A DNA stretch of 62,151 bases, filler included, from Chiloscyllium plagiosum (GCF_004010195.1; 3 parts of one record of this genome joined end to end with filler, not necessarily neighbours in it), one strand, 5' to 3'. Shown: positions 33,476 to 48,024, counted from the first letter of the whole stretch. The notes: generated from the sequence alone by a model not told the origin. Made by a program: numbers and translations.

Positions 33476-36400
33476 ACTCTCCCTTTGAGGGTGAATGAAA
33501 AAACAAAGGGATCAGCAAAGGGAAAACAAATTCTGTACAGGACAGCAGAGATATCCAATTTTTAACGTGGGATGAAATCTCTAAATACATTGCCCAGAAA
33601 TAAATCTTACCTAAAAAAAAAGGCTTGATTTTAACATGTTGAAAATCCATTAGCCTGTAGGGGTTAAAATCATATCATTGATGGTAGGAAATTCTTTGGG
33701 CTGTTTTGAGTTTGGAGATTATTTCAAAAGCTATATTGTTTGTAGTTAAATATTTAAAGTAGGTAAGTAAGTAAATACAATTGGCAAAGACAGGACAGAT
33801 ACAGAGCTGGTACATAGAAATAATAAGGGCAATAGCAATATGTTACATGTTACAGTCAATTGAAGAATTAATATTCATGAAATAAAAAGAGATTTTCATT
33901 TATTCATTTGATTCTAGCCACAGTAGCACATGTTGGAGAAGGTTTAGGTTGAAACCAAAAGAGAAAATGCTGGAAAATCTCAGCAGGTCTGGCAGCATCT
34001 GTAAGGAGAGAAAAGAGCTGATGTATCGAGTCTAACTGACCCTTTGTCAAAGCTGGAAAGGTTTAGGTTGAATTTTCCTGATTGATGTGCTGAGAGTAAT
34101 GGTGAGAAAAAGAGAAAATATGGGGGTGAATAAATATTCTGATGTTTGATTTCAGAATAGTTTTCCTGGCTTTTCCCTAAAGCCATAACTGGTGAATCCA
34201 GAATCTCACCATTGAGTGCTACTGCCTTATGTCTGTGCGTTTGCAACTCATGAGTATCCGGACTTGTTTTATTATATTCCACTTCCAAATCTCCTTTCCT
34301 TCAATGAGAAAATAGCCCAGGCACCCGATGGCTGTAGCTTACAAATATTTCTCCTGGTTATCATGTAGTTGCTGTTTCACAACAACAGCCTGTGTGCTTC
34401 ATGGTCACCATCCTCCTCGACTGTCCTTCCGCGCAAATGTGTATCAGCAAATCACCAGCCTGACCACATCATCGTGCCTGCTTTCTGAACAACTCAGACC
34501 CCACTACAGTTCAGAGATACCTGTGAAGTTCATGTTCGTGCTGAGTTGCTTTCCGTACAGGCACACATCTCATACATTTATTCAAAATGTTTCTTACAGC
34601 TCTTAGCTTATTTTCGTAACGCTCACCCACTTTACCACTTGCTTGGAGGATGCCAGTTTCTGTATACATCAAATTTCTTTCTTAGCACACATTCTGCTCT
34701 GACTTACAGGCTGCCAGCTTCTGTGAGGATCATATTGTTTTCTTGGAAGATCGGGTCTTTAGTGTTCAGTTACAGTCTGCCAAATCTCTGTGGCTTGCAT
34801 TGTTTTTGTTTTAACACAGAGGAAGAAGCACGCACGTTGTGAGGGTGGAGAGCATTTGAAGAGTCAAACTATCAGTCAGTGACGGAGTGGATTTGTCACA
34901 CTATGGCAGATGCTATGTTAAGATCAGATCTGCAGTATGTGCCAGCAATTATGTGGTAAACACTTTGCATGTGCTTCAATCAAATAGTGTAAGTGTGAAA
35001 ATCAAAGGGCAGCAGTCCTCAGTGTGGCGTAAATGAGTAACGTTAGTGAGGGTCACGTTCAGTTAAAAGTTCACCTCGATACACAGTTTGGCCCTCTAAG
35101 CCTGTGTTAGCATATTTATTTACTGACTCTTAAAACTAATGCATTGCATTCAGCTAAATCTAAGCAGTAACTGTAGTAAAAGAACTGTGAAGCGAGCTGT
35201 TTTCTGTTGTCAAGTGATAACTTTGTAGTATTGGATCATTCAAGGGATTTTGGATGATTGCATCTTTCTACATTTCTTATGGGTCCAGTGTTTTATTATG
35301 TAACTCTGAACAAGAGATGAGGCAACAAGGGAAGGTTTTATCTTGAAGAAATGTCCTTTCATTGATTAGTAGTATTAAAACTCTCAAATGGTCTTTTCAT
35401 TTGACCTGAAATAATTGTTTCACTATCTATTTGACAATGATGATATTGTTTTCATTTATCTCTCTTGACAGTCTTTGGGGACATGAACATAAATGGGGAA
35501 TATTGAATGTCTATGTTTTTGACTGCACTTGAACATACGTTTGCCGAAGCATGCACTGAAAATATAATGTCAGATAAAATAAACAAAATATACCTAAAAC
35601 ACATGTCTACATATTGTTGCACTTAGGACTATGATAAAATGATTTGTGTTGTATTCATATTTAGTTACAGGCCATTTTCTTTATAAAAATAGTGATAAAC
35701 AGGCAGCAGTTTCCCCTGCTCCTCGGATGCTGCCTGACCTGCTGTGCTTTTCCACCACCACACTCTCGACTCTCATCTCCAGCGTCTGCAGTCCTCACTT
35801 TCTCCTCCTTCATTAAATATTTGACAATTAACTTTACCAGCTATTCAGAACCAATAGATTGTAAGCTCATCACATTTAATTCTCCCTTGGTTCTTATGGT
35901 AAATAATCACTTTTCACAGAATGGTTGTTCTTGTTCCTTTCATTGTATCAGAGAGCTGCAATTAGAAAATGTATAATAAGAAATGGCATTTTAGAAGTCA
36001 TGCAACAGTGTCATTGCAAAATATTTTATTTTATTTGTGGAAATTTGATCAGTTATTTGCACATAGCACAAAATTATCAAAATGAGGAGAATATCAAGTC
36101 AGTAGAGCCAGTTTAAATCTTTTAAGGAAGTAGCTGATACAGAAACATCCTCAAAAATGTTAGATGAAGCCCAGGCCATTTTAAATTCAAATCCTTTCTG
36201 TGTTATCTCCCAGTGCCACAATCTGTGGGGAACGCGTAAGGGTGTGTGAGAGTAAGGATTTAAGGTGGAGTTTAATGCTGTGGGGTCCTACAGGGAACTG
36301 TCTTGATCGTAAGGTTATTTCTGGAAGAGAGCCAGGGTGTGCAGCATGGAGTTGCCAGTGGTGGGAGTGTGAAGGAAGGCTGTGGCTATTGAGATTAAAT

Positions 36401-37796
36401 TTGTGAGCTTATTTTAATTGCTGGGCATGAATTAAATGATTTATTGCTTCTTGCCACATGAAGTACTGTGTTTTTACTGCGCCAAAGACATTTTTCTGCA
36501 ACAGTGTCAAACACTGGACCCCTTGGACAAGATTTCAGGTTCTGGAATCAGAACCTGGTATTGGATGACTCATGGGTTGTGACCTCATTCCATCAGCAAA
36601 GTATGGATCTAAATGCAAATTCTTGAGGCAAGCAATGTAATTGGACTAGCCTCATATTCACCACCCAATTCAAGAGGGTGGGCATGGATGGGAGGCAGGG
36701 AAAATTCAGGAACAGGAACAAAATGAAATGTAAGCGATAGCCATTGCTGGGCTCCTGTTTGTTAAAGTAATGAAGGTTGATGCGCAGGAGAGAGCAATGT
36801 GTAAGGAAGGATTTGTCCAGGACTAAATATATTTATCCTCTAAAACTGAAACAAATGTGTTACTGGCCTTTCTTAAGTCTATCTGGAAATCTTGATGACA
36901 TCATTGGCTCTGAAAGCAGTTGGCGAAGTGTGGCACATGTTTGCTGTGACAAAATGTAACCTTAACATGTCTTTTGTAATGCCTAGCAACCATATTGATT
37001 ATTGTGCTGTTGCTCTGCTCTTTGTGATATTTGGATGTTCTGCGTGGAGTTTCTGAAGCATTTCTCTTCACAGTGATATTGGTCTAACCATTCTATTGTC
37101 ATTATTTCTGATACCGCTTTATGGCTTTGTCTGCTGGACTAAATGTCAACCACCATTGCAGACAGGATTGTCTGACTTCTTACCAACTTTCTGAGCTGTG
37201 CAAATTTGTTTGCATTTGCCATCTGTTCATATTAAAATGTTCATTATAGCTGTGGATTAGGATTTTATATTGATGAGAATAAGATAGTCCTTTCTTGCCC
37301 AATCTACTCCTACTCTAGAAAGTGTTTCTGTCATTACTTACATTTTGTCTTGAACATATTCTATACTATAGTTACAATTCATTCGTCTACATATGAATAT
37401 TTGAATGTATAGAGGCACTTTTGGATTTCTTTTGATCTTGTTAATTCTTGCCAAAATTTTTGACATCATTCTGTGTTCAATAACATTTACTTGCGCTCAT
37501 TTGATATTTTCTGTATTCCAAAGTATTCACTAATTACTCCAAGTTAATAATGATCCACTGAAATCATACAGTGCTGAAAACATAAAACATAAAATCGAAA
37601 ACATTTTTGCCTTTAAAGCAGTCAGAACATTTTAAAAGCTGGTTACATGACACTCACTGTAAGTATTGTTTACACAGCTGTTTGTTCAAGAAGTGACTGA
37701 AATCCAATTATAGATTGGCTCGAGTTAGGCGGCTGTACACAAATGAAGATTTGGCCAACAGCAAGTAGCTGATTGGTCTATGGAAAAGCACAGCAG

Positions 37797-38393
37797 TGAT
37801 AGGCCGGAGTTATGTGCCTGACGAGGGAGTTGCGGAGGGAGTCATCAGATTCACACCCCCCACCAACCCAACCTCCACTCCCGGCACCTTCCCCTGCAAC
37901 TGCAAGAAATGTAAAACTTGCACCCACATCTCCCCCCTCACTTCCCCCAAGGTCCCAAGGAATCCTTCCATATCCGTCAGAAATTCACCTGCACCTCCAC
38001 ACACATCATTTACTGCATCCGCTGCACCCGATGTGGCCTCCTATACATTGGGGAGACAGGCCGCCTACTTGCGGAACGTTTCAGAGCACANNNNNNNNNN
38101 NNNNNNNNNNNNNNNNNNNNNNNNNNNNNNNNNNNNNNNNNNNNNNNNNNNNNNNNNNNNNNNNNNNNNNNNNNNNNNNNNNNNNNNNNNNNNNNNNNNN
38201 NNNNNNNNNNNNNNNNNNNNNNNNNNNNNNNNNNNNNNNNNNNNNNNNNNNNNNNCCTCCTCATTCTTGAAGAAGGACTTATGCCCGAAACGTCGATTCT
38301 CCTGCTCCTTTGATGCTGCCTGACCTGCTGCGCTTTTCCAGCAACACATTTTTAAGCTCTGATCTACAGCATCTGCAGTCCTCACTTTCTCCC
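37797..38393 (+). mobile_element. Penelope-like element with a GIY-YIG endonuclease, spanning an N gap (38091-38255)
   Basis: FTCTSTHIIYCIRCTRCGLLYIGETGRLLAERF is preceded by a CxCxxCxxC motif. The same hammerhead-bearing tail follows the gap. Confidence 0.88.
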
Positions 38394-40269
38394 TGTGTCT
38401 AAAGGTCTGTTTGGTTTATCACAGAAGAGGAAACCTTAGTGAGTCTTAACAAGAGGAGGCTATTGTCTTAAACAAGATGTACTTTATTACATGTAAGCAA
38501 TTAGGTATAAGTTATATTAGTTATTTAGAGATTGTTACAAAGACCATTAAGAAACCTGAGGTCACAGATCTGTCTTTTTTTAATATTCTCAGATGTTGTG
38601 CCTTTCCACACCCAAATCTTTATGACATCATCAGATTGGTTGGTCTCACTGCCATCTACAACATCAATGCTTTCAGAATCATTACCTTATAAATAAGTGG
38701 GACGACCTTCATCAATGCTGTAATATTGGTCAGGTTCAATGTCAAACTTATCCCAGCATTTACATCTTATGTTGCTTTTATTAATCCCATCCCACGGATT
38801 TCAGCTCCATTATCATTACTCATAGTTCAAGGCAAAGATGCATGGATCTTTGAAATAACACTGAAGTGTTATAACAGATGTATATGTGTAAAAATATTTG
38901 TCTACTGCTTACAGAGGCATTAAACTATTTACTTGTGATTAATATGACATAAAGTCATTTCACAGTTCAAGGGAGTTTTAATAGTGTGCTTACGTGATGC
39001 ATTTCATTGTCATCTCATATTTTCATTCACATTAGTTGGAAGAATCACAGCTGATCATAGGAAACTGAAATCCTACATTGAAAAAAATGGATTTGAATTC
39101 ATTTGTTGATGCCACTTATTGTTTGTTAATATTCCAAAAGGTTGGGTTACATCTTAAGAATGGCTCTTTGGTGATTCTTTTCAATGTAAGGGCCATGTCT
39201 TGAATGGTAAAATTACAGTTTATTGAGAAAAGCAAATGGGTTCATAATATCAAAGATTATCTCCTATTATCCAGCTGACCTCTTTAACGTGTCTAAAATT
39301 GTCACAGAATGTGAGATTATGACAGGGAGATTACTTTTGAAATAGAGCGCACACTTCAGATTAAAGGAAACTAATGCTCTGTAAACAAAGATTTATTAAA
39401 ACACTGCTTCTGTTCACATCAACTCTCACCTTTACTTCATTCAGATTTCTCTCTACGCCTGATGGTCTCCTATTTTTCACTTCAGTTTTAAATAAAAATT
39501 CCAACTAAAATATTTGATTTCCTCTGAATAAGACTGTTTTTCACTTCTGATTATTCTAGAGCTTAAACACTTCATTTTAAAACATGTTTTTTTTAAAAAA
39601 TAAGCCTTGATTGATTTAAAATGCGTCCAAAGTCTCGACTTGCAGTCAGTCCAAAATTTGAAGTTTGGCCCTGCCTGAGCAGATTAATTATAACGTTAGA
39701 ATGAGAAAGTTTGCTTCCAAATTGAGTCAGCTCTCCGGTAAGGTTGAATCTGAGCACATCATGATGAGAACTTAAAAACAATTTTTGCTGAGAAGCAGAA
39801 ATATTCTTGTGATGGATTTTTTTTGTAAAAGAGACCTACAACAGTTCATGTTGCTTCAATAAATTGTGTCAGCTTGGCCGCTAAATTTTTATAAGGAGCT
39901 CAAGGTTTAACAGATGGGTCGATGTGCCTGCTGAAATGGATTGTGTATTATGGCAAATACATTGGGTAATGCCTAATGTTCTGAAATGAAAATGTTATCC
40001 AAGCTGCATGGGAAACATTCTGACGAGGTAAACTGAAATACCAGCTCAAAACTGTTTTCATATTCAGGAGCTAAATGACAGCAGAGAATAATACTACTGT
40101 ATTTACTCTGCCTCATTCTTGGAAAATATCAACAATGGCAAGAGATTTCATCATCTTACAATAGCTATTAAACTTCTGTTTATTTGGCTGAAATCACATT
40201 TCAAAATCACTTACAGGCTAATTTCTGTGCAAGCAAATTAGAACCAAGTTTAGTGTCGACATACACAAA

Positions 40270-40437
40270 ACAAAACCAAAGAACTCCAGATACTGGGAGT
40301 GTGAAAGAAAATCAGAATTTGCTGTGGAAACTCAGCAGATTGGGCAGCATCTGTGGAGAGAAAGTAGAGTTAATGTTTCGAGTCCAGATGCTGCCAGACC
40401 TGCTGAGTTTCTCTAGCAATTCCTGTTTTTGTTTCAG
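40270..40437. repeat. Inverted pair of short PLE-like tails
   Basis: About 40313-40353 is an imperfect reverse complement of about 40386-40425. Confidence 0.7.
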
Positions 40438-41289
40438 TATAGGTGTAATATACTCAAAATTCTCCAGTACTGTCCTGGTGTAAGTCTATGGCAAGGGATT
40501 CACAAAATCAGAAGTATATAGGGTATTTTGAAAAAGATTGCTTACCTATTAAAAATGAACAAACCTCTGCAAAAATAATGGAGAGGAATTCGATATAAGC
40601 GTATTAACCGATTGCTAATAGTAAACGCTAGCCTGTATCTATTCAGCAATAAACACTTTGGCAAATCAGTTTGAATGTAATAGCCCAGTATAGTAGTAAA
40701 ACATGCTCTCTGACATCGTAGATAAAATAAAGATTCCTATCGTATCTGAGAAGCATGATACTTAGCTGAACAACAGATTTGGAAATTGTATGGATTTGCA
40801 ACTTGCATATGTGAAGTTATAAAGCAGTTTGGACAGGTTGGCATATTTGGCAATTTGAACTCCACAGCAAACATTTTTATTGCATTTTCCTCCTGGATGT
40901 CCTCAGCCTGGAAGTCTGTCTGGGTAACATTTTGCCTTCCTGTCAGGAAGGATTGCTCTACAAAACACTGCAGGCTAGGACTCAGCAGGGGCTCAGCAGG
41001 GAATCTAGTGTGTGTGTGGGTGTGTTGGGAGGGTGGGCAGGGGTGATAGCCGTGGTCAGCAGTCCTGGGATGGATGGCATTCTTACCTCCCATTCTAAAG
41101 AGGGGTTTACTTCATACTGAAAGGAAATCAGGAAAATTTGGAGGCATGAACTGGAAGGAAGCACTTCTGCTTCTGCTTCTGCCTCCTATAAACTGTGACG
41201 TTTTGATAATAAAGCTGTCTTTGCCTTCCGATGGATTCTGATGTTCCAGGAAGTCGAGCAGTCATAGGAAATGATGCAAATGAAAGTAA

Positions 41290-41530
41290 AATTCCACAGA
41301 TTTACTGGAGATCTGAAATAAAAACAAAAGATGCTGGAGAAACTCAGCAGAGCTGACATTGTCTGTGGGAGAAATAGAGTTAATGTTTCAAGTCTGATCT
41401 GAACTCTTGTTTGGAACAGATCTGTCAGAGGGTCTTATCGAAATCGCAACACTAACCTTATTTCTCTCTTCACAGCTGCTGCCTGGCCTGCTGAATTTCA
41501 GTAGTACTTTCTGAGTTTATTTATTTCAGA
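41290..41530. repeat. Inverted pair of old PLE-like tails
   Basis: TCTGAAATAAAAAC..CTCAGCAG on the left and CTGCTGAATTTC..TTTTATTTCAGA on the right. Confidence 0.65.
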
Positions 41531-41859
41531 TGAAATGGCTACCGCTTATTACAAACTCTTATTTGTATCCAGTAAAATGTCATGGCTAGATAACAAGAAT
41601 ATATGGATAAGTTGTATAATGGGGAATTCATGTGGTGACAACAGAGCTGGACAAAGTAGATCAAACCCTAATGGACCATGGTAAACAAACAAAACTAATT
41701 GAGGTAGAATTAGAGGATCAGAGGAACATGGAAAATAAAATAAGAAATTACCAAATTCTTTACTAACTTCCATGCCCATTCTGTCAAAATTAATGGAATA
41801 TTAAAAAGAGTCAAAACAATGCAACTCATCTTCACAATGTAACTTTGCTGGTAGCAATG

Positions 41860-42560
41860 ACCAATGGTACTCTCTCTTCTTGGAGATAGTCAATGCCTGG
41901 CACTTGTGTGGCATATTATGCCACTCGTCAACCAAAGCCTGGATATTGTCCAGATCTTGCTGCATTTGGACATGGGTTGATTTGACACCTGAGGAGTCAC
42001 GAATAATGCTGAACGCTGTGCAATCATCAACAAGCATTCCTACTTCTGACCTGATGATACAGGGAGGGATGGAGCAATTGAAGTTTGGGGGCTGGCGACA
42101 CTAAGCTGAAGAACCCCCACTGCAATGTTCTGAGTTTGAGATGATTATCCTCCATAAACTTAATATGATTACAACCAATGGAAATTGTCCCCTTGATTCC
42201 TACTGACTTCAATTTTACAAGGTCTCTTTGATACCACAATTCGCCAAATGGATTGTAGCTGTTCAAGAAGGCAGCTCAACACAAACTTCTCAAAGGCAAC
42301 TTGGGATGAGCAATAAATGCTGGCCCAGGCAGTGAAGCCCATGTCCAACAGTATCTTTCCTCATTGTGGGGATTCAAAGGTTCTATGAACCTCACCTCTA
42401 GATTTTAGCTCTTTTGTCCATGTTTGGCCATGTCTGACCATGAAGTCAGAAGCTGAATGGTTCTATTGGAACTCAAAACTAATCATTAGTAAGCAGATTA
42501 TTAGTAGGTGTTATTTTAAAACACTGTTGATGACTCTTCCATCACTTTATCAAGATCAAA
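41860..42560 (-). mobile_element. Old LINE RT fragment
   Basis: LVDDCTAF and QQDLDNIQA motifs. Confidence 0.7.
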
Positions 42561-42899
42561 ATTAAGCTGGTGGAGTTAGAATAGCTCAAGATGGGGGATC
42601 AGAACATCATGAGATGGGGAGCAGAACAGTTTGAGTGGGACACACGGACACTGCTCAAGGGAAATGGACAGAACAGTGTGAGGAAAGGGAGAAGAATGAA
42701 GCAAGAGAGGTGGACAGAACAGTACAAGTGTGGTGAGCAGAAGGGCACAATGAGGCCAGACAGAAGGGCATGGGAGATAAAGTGATGTGAGAGGGGTAAA
42801 CAAATCAGCCTGAGGTGGAAAGACAGAAAAATACTGTGATCAAGATTAGGAACTGAATATTCAAGGATATTTGATATTTTTGTCAAATTTTAGGCTGTG

Positions 42900-44770
42900 C
42901 TGAAAAATAGTAATGGGATCACTAAGTTGGTCGGGATCAGTCTCAGAAGGATAAAATGTGTAATCTGTTTGGCTGGAGCTAAGAAACAACAAGGCATAGA
43001 AAGCATTGATCAGAATTGTTTACAGGCATCAAACAATAGTTGAATGTTGGACATTGTATTCATCAAGAGATGAGAGAAGCATGTAGCATGGGAATACAGT
43101 GGTTCAATCTGTATGTATACTAGAGAAACCTTACCAACATGAATTCTGGAGGGGAATGAGTTTCTGTGGTGTGTTAGGAATGGTTTTCTGAAGAAATATG
43201 TTGAGGAATCAACCAGAAAACTCATTATTTTAATTTCAGTACTATGTAATGAGAAAGGGCTAATTAACAATCTTGTTATCATAGAACCTTTCAGGATGAA
43301 CGGCAATAATATGTTGGAATTTTCAGTTATGTTTGAAATTGAGGTCAGTGTGTTAAATTCCAACAAAGAAAATTACAAGGATATGAGGGACAACTTGGCT
43401 TAGGTGGATTGGCACAATTCATAAAACGGTACAGCAGTATTTAGGTAATGGATAGTCTTTAAAGAATTTTTACAAAGTCTACAACAACTGTACAATCCTT
43501 CAATGCACAAAATCTCAGAAACTAGTCAGCCATGGCAAATGAAAGAAATTAAATATTGTATAAAATTAAAAGAAAAGACTGATAATATTGCTAAGTACAG
43601 TAATACAAGCAGGAGGCTTGGATTCCAGCATCTGCAGTTTTATTGTCTCTAGCTACAGAAATGCAACTGAGCATTTTGGATTAAGGTGATGACAGACCAG
43701 TAAACCAATGAAGAAAAGGGGAATAGCATTTGAATTTAAGTAAACAAAAATCATCAAAATGGACTATAAAATCTTCTATAGGTATGTAAAAAGGACCAAA
43801 AGAATTATCTATGACAAATATTGGTCCATTACAGGAAGAAGGTGAGGACTGCAGATGCTGGAGATCAGAGCTGAAAAATGTGTTGCTGGAAAAGCGCAGC
43901 AGGTCAGGCAGCATCCAAGGAACAGGAGAATCGACGTTTTGGGCATAAGCCCTTCCTCAGGAATGAGGAGCGTGTGCCAAGCAGGCTAAGATTAAAGTTA
44001 GGGAGGAGGGACTTGGGGAAGGGGCATTGGGAATGCGATAGGTGGAAGGAGGTTAAGGTGAGGGTGATAGGCCGGAGAGGGGGTGGGAGCGGAGAGGTCG
44101 GGAAGAAGATTACACTTCTTCCCGACCTCTCTGCCCCCACCACCTCTCTGGCCTATCACCCTCACCTTAACCTCCTTCCACCTATCGCATTCCTAACGCC
44201 CCTCCCCCAAGTCCCTTCTCCCTAACTTTTATCTTAGCCTGCTTGGAACACCCTCCTCATTCCTGAGAAAGGGATTATGCCCGAAATGTCGATTTTCCTG
44301 CTCCTTGGATGCTGCCTGACCTGCTGTGCTTTTCCAGCAATACATTTTTCACCATTACAGGAAGAGGAGTCAAAAAGTGTGGTGCTGGAAAAGCACAGTT
44401 GGTCAGGCAACATCCGAGGAGCAGGAGAATCAATGTTTCAGGCATAAGCCCTTCATCAGGTCAGTAGAATGTATAATGGGAATAGAGAAATGGCAGGGAA
44501 GCTGAATGATTTCATTCTGTCTGTTTTCACCTGACGAAGACACAAAACATTTCCCATAGTTAGAGCTTCATAGGACAAAGGATAATGAGGAATTGATGAA
44601 AATTAGAATTAAGTAAAGAGGTTGTGATGGAGAAATTATGGAGAGTGTAGTTTTATATGTCCCTGGGACCTGATATTCTACATCCTAGAGTATTGAAAAA
44701 GTAGCTATAAAAATTGTGAATACAGTACATAAGTGATCATCTTCCAAAATTCTAAAGATTCTGAAATAGT
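42900..44770 (+). mobile_element. Old CR1 ORF2 fragment carrying PLE insertions
   Basis: Decayed endonuclease-linker sequence (KYVEESTR, FYRYVK) that continues after 44460. Confidence 0.65.
43840..44351. mobile_element. Palindromic (inverted) Penelope-like insertion with a 14-bp flanking direct repeat
   Basis: A - copy at about 43840-44110 abuts a + copy at about 44115-44350. CCATTACAGGAAGA occurs at 43826-43839 and 44352-44365. Confidence 0.85.
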
Positions 44771-46295
44771 ATGTAAGTTTGCTTGTTGAGCTTGAAGGCT
44801 TATTTTCACACATTTTGTCACCATACTAGGTAACATCATCAATGAGAGTCTCCGGTGAAGTGCTGGTGGTATGTCCCGCCTCTCTATTTATAGGTCTTGG
44901 TTTCTTAAGGTGGGTGATGTCACTTCCGGTTCATTTTTCAAGGGAAGGTAGATAGGATCTAAATTGATGTGTTTATTGATGGAGTTCTGGATAGAATGCC
45001 ATGCCTCTAAAAATTATTGTGTATGTCTTTGTTTCACCTGTTGTAGGATGTGTGTGCTGTCCTAGTTAAAGTGGTGTCCTTTGTCTGTCTGTATAGAAAC
45101 TAGTGATAGTGGGTCATGTCTTTTGGCGGCCACTTGGTGTTCATGCATCCTGGTGGCAAGTTTCCTGTAAAGTTTGTTTGATGTAGTGTTTTTTACAGTT
45201 CTTGCATGGTATCTTGTAAATGATGTTAGTTTTGCTAGTGGTATCTAATGGATCCTTTAGGTTCATTAGTCACTGTTTAAGTGTGTTGGTAGGTTTGTGG
45301 GTTACCATGATGCCAAGGGGTCTGAGTAGTCTGGAAGTCATTTCTAATATGTCTTTGATGTAAGGTAATGTGACTATTTTGGTTGTGTTGTGTCTGCTTG
45401 TTTGGGATTGTTTCTGAGGAATCGGCAAATTGTGTTTATTCGGTACCGTTTTTCTTGAAAACGTTGTATAGATATTTTTCTTCTGCTTTTTGTTGTTCTT
45501 GGGTGCTGCAGTGTGATGTACCTTATTGAAATAATGTCTCGATGCAGCTCCGTTTGTGGATGATTGCTTCTGAAGTTAAGTATTTGGTCTGTGTTAGTTG
45601 TTTTTCTGTAGTCGCTGGTTTGAAGCTCTCCGTTAACATTACATTCAGCTGTCACGTCTAAGAGTGGGACTTTGTTGTCATTCTCCTCTTTTGTGAACTT
45701 TATGCCTGTCAGGATATTGTTGATGGTGTCGTATGTTTCCTCAAATTTGTTCCGTTCTGTGATGACAAAAGTGTCATCCACGTAGCTGACCCAAAGTTTG
45801 GGTTGGATAGATGGGACGGCGGCTTGTTCAAGTCTCTTCATTACTGCTCGTGCTATGAACCCTGATGTTGGTGATCCCATAGGTATTCCATTGACATGTT
45901 TGTAGGTTTTGTTATTGAATGTGAAGTGGGTGGTGAGGCACTGGACCACTAGCTTGGGGATGTTGTCTTTGCTGATGAAGTTGGTGCAGTTTGGTGTTTG
46001 TGGTCCATAGTGAGGGCAGTGTTTCTTTGGCCAGGTCGGTGTTAATTGATGTGAAAAGGGCTGTAATGTCAAAGGAGACCATTATTTCATCCTCTTCTAT
46101 CTTGGTGTCTTTGATGGTATTCAGGAATTCTTAGGTGGAGTGAATGGGGTGGCATGAATCTTCAATTGGGTGTTTTAGTTTTTGGTGGAGTTCTTTGGCT
46201 CATCTGTATGTTGGCATTCCAGGTAGAGAGACTATGGGCCTGAGGGGGACCCCAGGTTTGAAGGAAGTTAACTAAAATCGCCACATTATTCAAGA
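44771..46295 (-). mobile_element. Penelope-like retroelement (RT plus GIY-YIG), degenerate
   Basis: GIPMGSPTSG, WVSYVDDTF, IKFTKEE and TNIIYKIPCK motifs. Decayed hammerhead at about 44808-44845. Confidence 0.9.
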
Positions 46296-46299
46296 AGGA

Positions 46300-47880
46300 A
46301 GTCATAGAGTCATAGAGATGTACAGCATGGAAACAGATCCTTTGGTCCAATTTGTCCATGCCAACCAGATATCCTAACCTAATCTAGTCCCATTTGCCAT
46401 CACTTGGCCCATATCCCTCCAAACCCTTCCTATTCATATACCCATCCAGATGCCTTTTAAATGTTGCAATTGTACCAGCCTCCACCACTTCCTCTGGCAG
46501 CCCATCCACACACGCACCACACTCTGTGTGAAAAAGTTGCCTCTTAGGGCTCTTTAACAACTTTCCACTCTCACCCTAAACCTATGCCTTCTAGTTCTGG
46601 TCTTCCCCACCCCGGGAAAAGACCTTGTCTGTTTACCCTATCCATATCCCTCATGATTTTATAAACCTCTATAAGGTCAACCCTCAGCCTCCGATGCTCC
46701 CGGAAAACAGCCTCAGCCTATTCAACCTCTCCCTATGGCTCAAGCCCTCCAACCCTGGCAACATCCCTGTAAATCTTTTCTGAACCCTTTCAAGTTTCAC
46801 AACATCCTTCCGATAGGAAGGAGACCAGAATTGCATGCAATATTCCAAAAGTGGCCTAACCAATGTTCTGTACAGCCGCAACATGACCTCCCAACTCCTG
46901 TGCTCAATACTCTGACCAATAAAGGAAAGCATACTAAACATCTCCTTCACTATCCTATCTACCTGCGACTCACTTTCAAGGAGCTATGAACCTGCACTCC
47001 AAGGTCTCTTTGTTTAGCAACACTCCCCAGGACCTTACCATTAAGTGTATTAGTTCTGCTTTCCCAAAATGCAGCACCTCGCATTTATCTGAATTAAACT
47101 CCATCTGCCACTTCTCAGCCCTTTGGCTCATCTGGTCAACATCCCATTGTAATCTGAGGAAACCCTCTTCGTTGTCCACTAAACCTCCAATTCTGGTGTC
47201 ATCTGTAAAGTTATTAACTAATCCTCTTAAGCTCACATCCAAATCACTAATATAAATGACAAAAAGTAGTGGACCCAGCACAGATCCTTCACATTCCACT
47301 GGTCAAAGGCCTCCAATCTGAAAAGCAACCCTCCACCACAACCCTCCATCTCCTACCTTTGAGCCAGTTCTGTATCAACATGGCTAGTTCTCCCTGTATT
47401 CCATGAGATCTTACCTTGCTAACCAGTCTCCCATGGGAAATCTTGCCAAACGCCTTATTGAAGTCCATGTAGATCATGTCGAACACTCTGTTCTCATCAA
47501 TTCTCTTTATTTACTTCTTCGAAAAAGCTCTATCAAGTTTGTGAGACATGATTTTCCACGTTCAAAGCCATGTTGACTATCCCTAATCAGTCCTTGCCTT
47601 TCCAAATACATGTACATCTTGTCCTTCAGGATTCCCTCCAACAACTTGCCCACCACCGATGTCAGGCTCACTGGTCTATAGTTCCCTGGTTTGTCCTTAC
47701 CACCTTTGTTAAATAGTGTTACCACATTAACCAACCTGCAGTCTTTCGGCACCTCATCTGTGACTATAGATGATACAAATATCTCAGCAAGGGGCCCAGC
47801 AATCACTTTCCCAGCTTCCTACAGAGTTCTAGGGTACACCTGATCAGGTCCTAGGGATTTGTCCACTTTTATGTGTTTCA
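46300..47880 (-). mobile_element. CR1 LINE RT and 3' end
   Basis: NYRPVSLTS, SQHGF, YMDFNKAF and FTDDT motifs, followed by the 3' tail. Confidence 0.92.
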
Positions 47881-48024
47881 AGCCAACAAGTCAGCGAGGA
47901 AGAAAGGTGCTACAGACTTGTTAACCTTACAATAATCGTAAGAAAAATTGGGAAAATTTGGAATATTGTGTGAATGACAGATGGGAAGAGCATGAGGGGG
48001 CAGACAAGAATAGCATGAGGATCA

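Noticed and set aside
37074..37194. Acceptor-like site followed by a hydrophobic frame (DIGLTILLSLFLIPLYGFVCW..) as a transmembrane exon
   Set aside because: The phase is incompatible with the 12367 donor and no homology was recognised. Such frames are common in T-rich DNA.
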